A DNA stretch of 64,000 bases from a bacterium (lineage in GTDB: Bacteria; Zhuqueibacterota; Zhuqueibacteria; Zhuqueibacterales; Zhuqueibacteraceae). Below are positions 27,526-36,005 of this stretch, piece after piece. Within the stretch, counting starts at the first letter, position 1. Every line of letters starts with the position of its first letter. Location of the stretch: assembly GCA_044869275.1 (NCBI GenBank), contig JBIOXB010000130.1:1-64000 (forward strand). Direction: 5' to 3'. The notes under the pieces are model-generated. The model searched no databases. It was not told where the DNA came from and worked only from the letters and a program-made list of their open reading frames with translations. The position numbers and the translations under genes were made by a program.

Positions 27526-28322
27526 CTTGTTCTGATCACACATCTTTTTTTCTCTCCCTGCCGGTGGAACCTTTGGATCCACTCGGCGATGATATCTTTC
27601 TCGTGCAAGCCCGTGGCGGGATGGTCCAGATCTCTCAGGAACAAAATGTACAAGCGTTTGGCCAGCTTTTCGAATGCGCGCTTCTTGAAACTGCTAACCG
27701 CATTGCGGCTGGGAAATTGCATGTCGCGCGCGATTTCTTCCAAAGAGTATTTCGCGCTGGCCAAGTGAATGACCCTTTGTTCGCGCGTGCATAGCTTGGG
27801 CAAGGCGCGTGCGATGAATGCTTCCAGCAACTGGTAGCGAAAATAGACTTCATCTTCGCTGTAGAAGTCCGGCAACAATCCGATGTTGGCCAGCAGCATC
27901 CCGGTTTGCTCGAGAAGAGACTCGAATTCCTCTGCGCTCTGCCAGCCTATCGGCTCGAAGCGGCGCAGCTTGTCGCGCAAGTCCAATTTGTGGTTGCGGA
28001 TGACATTTTTGAGCCAGGCGCAGACCCCCGCCGGCGTGCGGTTTTTGATGCGATGCCCGTTCAGCCACAGCGCGCTCCACGCATGATAAAAGAGATCGCG
28101 CGAGTCGTAAGAGCGGGCGAAATAGTCGCTGGGAAAGAGTTTGACCACATTCTTCAGCCTGGCGGTGTAGTATGCGATGATGAAGCCCATGGCTTGCTCA
28201 ACTTCGGGCGGCGGGTCATCGTGGGCCGTGTTGCGGTGATCGAGATAGTCAAACAAAACCTCCAGCGCCCACTTGAGGCGAATCCTTTCCTCCTTCAGAT
28301 CGGCGGATTGCCACGCTCCCAT
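27522..28322 (-). CDS. Divergent ECF-type sigma factor
   Basis: Region 2-like 'DSRDLFYHAW..AWLKNVIRNHKLDLRDK' and region 4-like 'LPKLCTREQRVI..YSLEEIARDM..AVSSFKKRAFEKL'. GGAGG RBS. Confidence 0.75.
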   Translation of the reverse strand: MGAWQSADLKEERIRLKWALEVLFDYLDHRNTAHDDPPPEVEQAMGFIIAYYTARLKNVVKLFPSDYFARSYDSRDLFYHAWSALWLNGHRIKNRTPAGVCAWLKNVIRNHKLDLRDKLRRFEPIGWQSAEEFESLLEQTGMLLANIGLLPDFYSEDEVYFRYQLLEAFIARALPKLCTREQRVIHLASAKYSLEEIARDMQFPSRNAVSSFKKRAFEKLAKRLYILFLRDLDHPATGLHEKDIIAEWIQRFHRQGEKKRCVIRTR

Positions 28323-28511
28323 ATTGCCTCCACACCAAATTTTACTGCATGCGATTTGCGCGAAGGGCATGCACCTGGTTTCACTGGAATAGACGGCGCC
28401 GGTCTAAAATGTGTCGCACTTTTTTTGTTTTTATGGAAATCTACAAGAAGAATACCATTCTCGCCGGCGCAGCTGGGCGTGAGAACGGGCTAAAAATCAA
28501 GTACTAAAGAC

Positions 28512-28540
28512 TTGACAATTTCCACCCATCAAGGTAGATT
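28512..28540 (+). promoter_or_regulatory. Sigma70-type promoter
   Basis: TTGACA-N17-TAGATT upstream of the ECF gene. Confidence 0.6.
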
Positions 28541-28610
28541 ACCGCACGACGACACCGAGAGTTCCAACAAAAACTGTCGCTCGGCCCCTGCCATCATCGC
28601 ATGAAAATGA

Positions 28611-29195
28611 ATGAAAACTTTAGACTGCCCTCCTGAAAGTCGCCTGCTTTGGCAAGGGATGCGGGAAGGAGATGAGCGCGCGGTAGCGGCGTTGTTCCGC
28701 GGCCATTTTGCCATGCTTTATGACTATGGCATGAAGCTTTCGCATCGAGAGGAACTGGTCAAAGACTGCATTCAAGATATTTTTGCCTATATGTGGCAAA
28801 AGCGCAGAGGCCTTGCCGAAGTCGAATCGGTGCCGGCTTACTTGCTGACGGTTTTTCGCCGCCATTTGCTCAAATCACTCGCCCGGCAGCACCGGCAGAT
28901 GGCCTCTCAGCAGCAATTTGGTTTGCATCAAGATCTGGAGCAATTCTCACCCGAAGACCTCCTGGTCATGCAGGAAAGCAATCTTGAAGAAAAGCAGATA
29001 ATAGCGAAAGGCCTGCGAGGGATACCGCCGCGCATCCGCGAAGCGCTTTATTTGAAAACCTATGCCGGCTTGAGTTACGGTGAAATTGCGGCAATCATGA
29101 ACGTCTCGCCCCAAGTCGCGCGCAATTATGTTTCGGAGGCATTCCACCGCTTGCGTCAAGTTTTTGCCCATTCGAAGCAGCCCCTGCCCAGGTGA
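28611..29195 (+). CDS. ECF sigma factor (FecI-like, Bacteroidetes type)
   Basis: 'GDERA..LF....LYDYG..VKDCIQDIF..W..R' and 'REALYLK..GLSYGEIAAIM.VS....RN'. Confidence 0.92.
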   Translation: MKTLDCPPESRLLWQGMREGDERAVAALFRGHFAMLYDYGMKLSHREELVKDCIQDIFAYMWQKRRGLAEVESVPAYLLTVFRRHLLKSLARQHRQMASQQQFGLHQDLEQFSPEDLLVMQESNLEEKQIIAKGLRGIPPRIREALYLKTYAGLSYGEIAAIMNVSPQVARNYVSEAFHRLRQVFAHSKQPLPR

Positions 29196-29326
29196 ACAGC
29201 CTGCCAGCAAAAACTCTCCATTAATCTTCTCACACAGAGCATTACATTTTGCTGTTCATCGCCTCTTCTTATATACATGAACGACCGTGAATCAACTCAA
29301 CGTTCTCAAGGGAAAGCATACAAAAC

Positions 29327-30403
29327 ATGACCGCACCTGACCGCGAACTCTTTTCTCTGCTTGGTGATGAATCCTTCCAACGCTGGCTTTCACGGCGTGC
29401 TTCTGCGGCTGAAACCGAGGAGTGGGTGCAATGGTTGAGTCAGGAGCCTGTGCATCAGGAATTGTATGCTCAAGCTTTGTTTTTGTGGGAGAGAGCACAT
29501 TTTCGTCCCGCCGCTTTGCCCGCCGTTGAGCAAGAATGGCACAAACTACAAACACGATTGACTGCTCCCGCAACGAAGAGCACACCCGCACTTCGCTTGC
29601 CAGTTCGTGACGGAGTATCCCTTCGGACCGGAAGTATGCTATTTTCATGGATACGTTTCGCCGCGGGTGCAGCCGCAGTGTTACTGGTAGTGGTGGTGCT
29701 GGGGCGGTATTTTGTCTGGCCGGAATGGTCTCTTGACCAGCAAATGCAAATTGCATCTACCGCCTTCGGTGAGCGGAATCAATTGTTGTTGCCGGACAGC
29801 ACCAGGATTATCCTGAATGCCAATTCCACCTTGCGTTACCCTGCGTTTTGGAAGGAGACGACCCCGCGCCAGTTCGATCTCAGAGGAGAAGCTTATTTCG
29901 AAGTGGCCTCTCTCCCGCAGGGGCCGCAGCACGATTTTTTCGTCCACACCCGCGACGGCATCGTGCGCGTGGTGGGAACGCACTTTGTTGTGCACGACCG
30001 CGGGCAGGGCACACGCGTGGTGGTGGAGGAAGGCGGGGTTGAAGTCGCGGTCGCCGATACGAGCTCGTCTGCCGCAGCGGCAAAAGTTCTGTTGACCAGC
30101 GGCAATTTGGTTCATTTTCATAAGGGCGCTCGTACTTTAATACCGAGCGTTGTCAACGTCGGCCCGTATATGTACTGGTGGCATGATCAACTGATCTTGC
30201 AGGATACGCCGTTCCAACAAGTATTATATCGTTTGGAGGAAACGTATGGTATTCAAACGGAGGTTAAAGATGAACACCTGTTGAAACGCACGTTGTCGGG
30301 CGCTATTGAAAATGGCGGCCTGGAAGTGATTACGACGGCCTTGGCAACAGCACTACAGGTGCCCGTGCGTCGCGAAGGCCAGGTGGTGATCTTTGGCAAA
30401 TAA
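29327..30403 (+). CDS. FecR-family anti-sigma factor
   Basis: 'DESFQRW', TM helix, 'T.FGE....LPDST.I.LNANS.L', 'L.GEAYFEV', 'V.VVGT.F' and a C-terminal 'LEETYG' domain. Confidence 0.92.
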   Translation: MTAPDRELFSLLGDESFQRWLSRRASAAETEEWVQWLSQEPVHQELYAQALFLWERAHFRPAALPAVEQEWHKLQTRLTAPATKSTPALRLPVRDGVSLRTGSMLFSWIRFAAGAAAVLLVVVVLGRYFVWPEWSLDQQMQIASTAFGERNQLLLPDSTRIILNANSTLRYPAFWKETTPRQFDLRGEAYFEVASLPQGPQHDFFVHTRDGIVRVVGTHFVVHDRGQGTRVVVEEGGVEVAVADTSSSAAAAKVLLTSGNLVHFHKGARTLIPSVVNVGPYMYWWHDQLILQDTPFQQVLYRLEETYGIQTEVKDEHLLKRTLSGAIENGGLEVITTALATALQVPVRREGQVVIFGK

Positions 30404-30626
30404 TGCGAATTCAAATCCGGAAAGCTAGATTGCCACTTTGGTGGACGCCGGAGTTTCCTCGCCTCGCACTTCTCGCGAGGAAGTCCCGGGGTTCGTAGCG
30501 TGGCGCCAGGAATTTGAGATCGTCCAATCGATGAGGAAAAATTTTCGTGCTTCATTGCTTGAAGCCGGAAGCCCTAATCGCAAACCACCTATTGTTGATT
30601 ACCGACCTTAGGGAAGGAGGATTTTT

Positions 30627-33596
30627 ATGCGATTCGTTAGAATACTGGCCCTACTTGGCGGGATGTGCCTTCTTACTGACGTGGGTACGAACCCAGAAGG
30701 GCTGTTGAGCCAGACCTTGGTCTCCAAGGCGGGCAACTTCTCCCTCAATCCGGAATCCGCACCACGAGTTGTCTCCCTAAGAGATGCACTCGCTACTCTG
30801 GAGCAAACGTACCAGGTCCACTTCTTGTACGAAGACGCGGTAGTGGACGGCAAAACCACTTCGCCCCTCACCCGAGTGTCGAACAATTTGTACGAAGATT
30901 TGCATCACGTTGTCGGGGACAACCCGTTGACCTACGCCAAAGTTGGGAGGAGCACAATCGTCATTACGCCGCTGGAGCAAGGAGCGCCGCCGCTACCGTT
31001 CGCGCCTGCGGGAGGAACCATCAAAGGCAAGGTCACGGATGAACATGGAGAAACCCTTCCTTTTGCGCAGGTGTATCTGGAAAACACCTCGATGGGAGCC
31101 GTGGCGGATCAAAACGGCAACTACGTAATTGCCAATGTTCCGCCTGGAAGCTACACGCTGCAGATCCGCATGCTGGGGTATCGCCCCGCGAACGTGAGCG
31201 TCACCGTTTCGGAAGGCACGAGCGCTACCCAGGATTTCAAGCTCGTGGATGATGCGTTAATGCTGAGCGACGTGGTGGTGACCGGCACTCGCACGCCGCG
31301 CCCGAAGATCGAATCGAGCGTGGCGATCAGCACTCTTGGGCCACGCAATATCGAACAAGCCGCGCCGCGCAGTACCACAGAGATGTTGCGCTACATTCCG
31401 GGATTTACGCGCGTGGAAAGCTCGGGCGGCGAAGTCAATCAAAACATCAGCATGCGAGGCATCTTGGGCGTGGAATACGTGATGTTCATGGAGGACGGCA
31501 TGCCCGTTTTCCCCACCATGCACACGTTCTTCATGAATGCCGACAATCTATTCCGGCCCGATGAGAACATTGCGACGGTGGAGGTCGTGCGCGGCGGCAG
31601 TTCCGCTTTGTTTGGCTCTAATACGCCCGGGGCCATCATCAATTTCATCAACAAGACTGGCGGCCCCGAGTTAGGCGGAACCGCAAAAATAAGCGCGGCG
31701 ACCCAGGGGCTGGCGCGCTATGACTTCAATCTCAATGGCCCGCTCGGGGAAGGCTGGCGCTTCAACTTGGGCGGATTCTACCGCTATGATCATGGCGTGC
31801 GGGATCCGGTTTACCCCGGCATCCGCGGCGGCCAATTCAAGGCCAATGTCACGCGGCTGCTCGACAATGGTTATCTCCGGGCCTCGTTGAAATTCATCGA
31901 TGACCGCAACCAGTTTATTTTGCCGTTGCCTTTCCAGAATCCAAATGATCCGCAATACGTCTCGGGCTTTTCAGACTATGGCGCGATGACCTCGAACGAG
32001 GGCAATTACCTCAAAGTCCCGATACCGCCCGGGGAGCTGGAGCTTCCGCTCGATGATGGACTGCGCACCCAAGCGTATTGGTTGACGGGCGACCTCAATT
32101 TCGAATTCGATGGCGGCTGGACGGTGCAGAATACCGCTCAAATCATGCAAAACGAGCAGGGATGGAATGCCATCGTTCCTTTTGATGTCTTGCCGGCTGC
32201 CGATTGGGTACGGAGCCTCAATTTCCCGGCAGGCTCTACTTATCAGTTGCTTTTCACTAACCACCGCGACAATGCCGGAGACAAACTTCCCTTCGATACG
32301 CAGAATGGCTTGGTGGCGCCGGGTGGAGAATGGCACGTTGAAAAACCTCTCTCTGCCTTTCAAGATCAATTGCAGGTTCTGAAGAGAATCGGCGAGCACA
32401 GGTTGTCTTTCGGATTGTATTTTGCAAACTACACCCAGACCAATCGGTGGTTCTTCACCGATATCCTCACGGACGTGAGAGACAATCCCAGGTTTCTGGA
32501 TTTGGTGGTGACCACTCCTACCGGTCCCGTGGAATTCACGCAAAACGGATTCCGCCGATTTCTCTCGCTCTATCGCAACGGTTCGGGTTCTACCACCGTA
32601 TTTTCCGGTGTCGCCGGAGGGGAGTTCAAACTCAGCGATCGACTTCGTGCCGACCTGGGCTTCCGGTATGAGGTCAATAATTTCGTCCAGAGCGCCGAAA
32701 ACCAGTCGACGTTTGATCTCGATGGCGATCCGACCACACCGTATGACGTTGAACAGTATGGCAACGGGTCGTTTCGGCATTTCAATCGAGACATCGATGA
32801 TTGGGCCGGTTCCCTCGGACTCAACTATGCTTTGAATGACCGGTTTGCGATCTACGCGCAGGGCAGCCGGGCATACAAAATGCCGGCCCTGGACGAATTC
32901 CTCGATGCCCAGGCGCAGGAACAAGTCGATATCTACGAATCAAGAAGAACGCAAATGGTGGAAGGAGGTGTAAAATACTCTTCGCCGCGTCTGGGCTATA
33001 CCGCCGATGTCTTTTGGGCCAAACTCTCAAACATTGTTGGGCAAGGGCTGCAAGTCGACCCCGTCACCGGGCAAACCGTATGGGTGACGCAAACCAGCCC
33101 CGACAACAGGTCCTATGGCGTCGAACTGGAGGCCACGGTAAGTCCCGTACGCGGTTTGAGCTTCATCGGCGCTGGCACCTTTCTCAAGACGGAGACCGTC
33201 GAAGCGGCTGGAGCCGCGTTGACCGCTGGCGGCGTCCCTAAGGGCTTGGCGAATCTGAGCGTCACCTATGCGACCTCCGGCTTAACCCTTTTGGCGGATT
33301 GGCATTTTGTTGGCAGTCGCGACTTGGTCGATGCGCAGTACGATCAGGCTACCGGAAAGTACAGCAGGTACACCGTCGTCGGGGAGCTTCAAGCTTACAA
33401 TTATTTCAACCTCGGCGCCTCGTACAGAATCCCAAGCCAGGCGGTGGTTTTTTCCGCAAACTTGCTGAACGTGTCTCAGTCCAAAGGCCTCGAGGAAGGC
33501 AATCCTCGGTTGCCGAGTTCCGGTGGCAGAAATCTGTTTCTGGCACGCCCGATTTTGCCGCGCCGTTTCACGTTCTCCGTGGGCTACCAGTTTTAA
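30627..33596 (+). CDS. TonB-dependent receptor with N-terminal signalling (STN) and CarboxypepD-like domains
   Basis: STN-like 'LRDALATLEQTYQVHF', 'GTIKGKVTD..GETLP', TonB box DVVVTG, plug 'VEVVRGGSSALFG', and C-terminal Phe. Confidence 0.93.
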   Translation: MRFVRILALLGGMCLLTDVGTNPEGLLSQTLVSKAGNFSLNPESAPRVVSLRDALATLEQTYQVHFLYEDAVVDGKTTSPLTRVSNNLYEDLHHVVGDNPLTYAKVGRSTIVITPLEQGAPPLPFAPAGGTIKGKVTDEHGETLPFAQVYLENTSMGAVADQNGNYVIANVPPGSYTLQIRMLGYRPANVSVTVSEGTSATQDFKLVDDALMLSDVVVTGTRTPRPKIESSVAISTLGPRNIEQAAPRSTTEMLRYIPGFTRVESSGGEVNQNISMRGILGVEYVMFMEDGMPVFPTMHTFFMNADNLFRPDENIATVEVVRGGSSALFGSNTPGAIINFINKTGGPELGGTAKISAATQGLARYDFNLNGPLGEGWRFNLGGFYRYDHGVRDPVYPGIRGGQFKANVTRLLDNGYLRASLKFIDDRNQFILPLPFQNPNDPQYVSGFSDYGAMTSNEGNYLKVPIPPGELELPLDDGLRTQAYWLTGDLNFEFDGGWTVQNTAQIMQNEQGWNAIVPFDVLPAADWVRSLNFPAGSTYQLLFTNHRDNAGDKLPFDTQNGLVAPGGEWHVEKPLSAFQDQLQVLKRIGEHRLSFGLYFANYTQTNRWFFTDILTDVRDNPRFLDLVVTTPTGPVEFTQNGFRRFLSLYRNGSGSTTVFSGVAGGEFKLSDRLRADLGFRYEVNNFVQSAENQSTFDLDGDPTTPYDVEQYGNGSFRHFNRDIDDWAGSLGLNYALNDRFAIYAQGSRAYKMPALDEFLDAQAQEQVDIYESRRTQMVEGGVKYSSPRLGYTADVFWAKLSNIVGQGLQVDPVTGQTVWVTQTSPDNRSYGVELEATVSPVRGLSFIGAGTFLKTETVEAAGAALTAGGVPKGLANLSVTYATSGLTLLADWHFVGSRDLVDAQYDQATGKYSRYTVVGELQAYNYFNLGASYRIPSQAVVFSANLLNVSQSKGLEEGNPRLPSSGGRNLFLARPILPRRFTFSVGYQF

Positions 33597-33804
33597 GTGA
33601 GCTCCGCCCGCAAGGGTTGGGTCGCCCAAGGTGGAGGAAACGTGCGGTAAGCTCTGCCGATCATTAGTTTGTAACTCAATTGCAGTGAGCCAGCGAATGC
33701 CCCTGCTTTCTTGCCAGGTTTTCAAGTGGAGTGTCGGGGGATGTACCAGCTGGCTCATTCTATCGGTAGAAGTTTCATTTGTGAGTAAAGAGGAGCCATG
33801 AGCT

Positions 33805-35979
33805 GTGAGAGCGGAGAGGATTATTCTGTTTTTTGTGCTCCTAACCGAAGCGATTTTCAGCCTTGCCACTCTTCATGCCCAAGACTCCTCTTTCATTTTC
33901 AAAACGGAAAGCCTGGAAGCCTACACGCCCGCCTATTTGGGCAATGGTCATTTCAGTCTGGCTGTTTCGCAATTAGGGACGAAGCCCGGCGAATCGTATA
34001 TGGCTTGGGTTTATGACTGCGGTGCAGGTGATGTGCCGCGCCTCGCCGTCCTGCCGGCGTGGAACGAGGTGAACTTCTTTAACGGCAAGAGTTGGTTGAA
34101 CGATGTGCCCCTGGATAAAAACACGTTGCGCGCTTACCGTCAGAGCCTCGATATGTTTAACGGTTATATCGAGACCCAATACCAGTGGGCAGATGGAGAA
34201 AAAAACACCACCGTTGAAATACAGACATTTGTTTCACGATCTCACCCTGAATTGGCGGCAGTCAAGCTTCAGATCATTCCACATTATTCAAACCAAATCA
34301 AAGTGTCCTTTCCCATTCGCGCTTGGGATGCCCCTCGCCGCATTGCGCTAGCACGGCTGGAAAAGATTGAGCCATATCCACCCGGCCCCTGGCCATATGT
34401 GTGGTATCCAGGACACATGGCTGTGAAAGACCGCCATGCCGAGGCGAATCTCGCCGGCGGCCGGCTTTGGATGATTTCGCAAGCCGAGGGCCGCTCCAGC
34501 GCTGTCGCTGCTGCGGCGGCGATAAGCTGGCCGGAGAAGCTGCAGGGATTGACCACGAGCACAAACGTTTCAGACAACATTGCCGCTCTCGAGATTTCGT
34601 TCGTGGCCTCGGCTGAAAGACCTTATACGTTTTACAAATTCGTCAGCGCCGTTTCTTCGCGCGACACGCCCAACCTGCTGGGGAGAGCCAGCCAAACTGT
34701 ACAAACCGCTGAAGCCCTTGGTTATGACGCCATTTTCGATGCGCATGCGCAAGCGTGGCATCGATTGTGGGAAACCGACATCCTCGTGGAAGGTGACTCC
34801 GAGCTGCAAAAAGTCATTCGCTCTATGATTTTTTATCTTCTGTGCAGCGGCGGAGAAGATACCGGGTTCAGCATTCCACCTATGGGGCTCTCCAGCGCCG
34901 GCTACTATGGCCATATCTTTTGGGATGCCGACACCTGGATGTTTCCCCCGCTTTTGGTCATGCACCCGCGCATAGCGAAGTCGATGGTCATGTTTCGCTA
35001 CGGAACATTGGAAGCCGCAAAGATCAATGCCCGGCTGAATGGCTATCGCGGTGCCATGTATCCGTGGGAGGCGGACGAGCTGGGCCAGGAAACCACACCG
35101 CAATTCGCCTATCAAAACGCGCTTTACGAAAATCATGTGACCGGCGACGTCGCGCTGGCACAATGGCAATACTTTCTCGCGACGGCTGATACCCAATGGC
35201 TCGCGCAGTACGGATATCCCGTCCTTAGAGAGACTGCGGATTTTTGGACGAGCCGCGCCACCTACAACGAGCAAAAAGATCGTTACGACCTCAGAAACAT
35301 TGTCTCCGTGGACGAAGGGCTGATCGGCATTGGCAACGATGCCTACACCAATGCAATCGCGAAGAAGAATCTCGAGATCGCTGTTGCGGCGAGCAAGTTG
35401 CTGAAAACCGAGGTGAACCCGGCGTGGGAGAAATTGGCCGAAAAGCTTTACATACCCTACGATGCAGAACATGAACGCCACCCCACTTATGAAAACGCGC
35501 CACCGGCGGCGTTGGGGTCCGTCGTTCCGCTGCTTTCTTTTCCGCTTGACATGCCGATGAGCAAGAAAGCCAAACAGCACAATCTTGCCAATGCCGTCCG
35601 GAGAATCGAGGAAGAGGGCACGGGCGCGATGATGACGATCACCCTTTATCCCATTGTCGCCGCCGAGCTCCGCGATGCCAAGCTGTTCAACGACCTCATT
35701 CCCAAGAGCTACAAAAGCTATTTGCGGCCTCCTTTCAATGTTTTGGCAGAGGCTCCGGCAAACATTGCCACCAACTTCATCACCGGGGCGGGAGGATTCT
35801 TGCAACAGGTCATTTTTGGTTACACCGGATTGCGCCTGAGCGAAAATGGACTGGGCCAGCGTTTCGATCCCTTGCTTCCCTCGCACGTGAAGAAGCTCAC
35901 CCTGAAAAATTTTTCTGTGCGAGGCCGAAAGCAGGAGGTGGTCGTGGAAAAGAATAAACTGAGATTTGTTGAGAAATGA
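33805..35979 (+). CDS. Exported glycoside hydrolase family 65 (acid trehalase/alpha-glucosidase-like)
   Basis: Signal peptide; 'LGNG', 'PMGLSS.GYYGHIFWDADTWM.P', 'GAMYPWE', 'HVTGDVA', 'VDE..NDAYTN' and 'NFITGAGGFLQ'. Confidence 0.9.
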   Translation: MRAERIILFFVLLTEAIFSLATLHAQDSSFIFKTESLEAYTPAYLGNGHFSLAVSQLGTKPGESYMAWVYDCGAGDVPRLAVLPAWNEVNFFNGKSWLNDVPLDKNTLRAYRQSLDMFNGYIETQYQWADGEKNTTVEIQTFVSRSHPELAAVKLQIIPHYSNQIKVSFPIRAWDAPRRIALARLEKIEPYPPGPWPYVWYPGHMAVKDRHAEANLAGGRLWMISQAEGRSSAVAAAAAISWPEKLQGLTTSTNVSDNIAALEISFVASAERPYTFYKFVSAVSSRDTPNLLGRASQTVQTAEALGYDAIFDAHAQAWHRLWETDILVEGDSELQKVIRSMIFYLLCSGGEDTGFSIPPMGLSSAGYYGHIFWDADTWMFPPLLVMHPRIAKSMVMFRYGTLEAAKINARLNGYRGAMYPWEADELGQETTPQFAYQNALYENHVTGDVALAQWQYFLATADTQWLAQYGYPVLRETADFWTSRATYNEQKDRYDLRNIVSVDEGLIGIGNDAYTNAIAKKNLEIAVAASKLLKTEVNPAWEKLAEKLYIPYDAEHERHPTYENAPPAALGSVVPLLSFPLDMPMSKKAKQHNLANAVRRIEEEGTGAMMTITLYPIVAAELRDAKLFNDLIPKSYKSYLRPPFNVLAEAPANIATNFITGAGGFLQQVIFGYTGLRLSENGLGQRFDPLLPSHVKKLTLKNFSVRGRKQEVVVEKNKLRFVEK

Positions 35980-36005
35980 GTTGATCAAAACGAGGCTGGA
36001 GGCTC

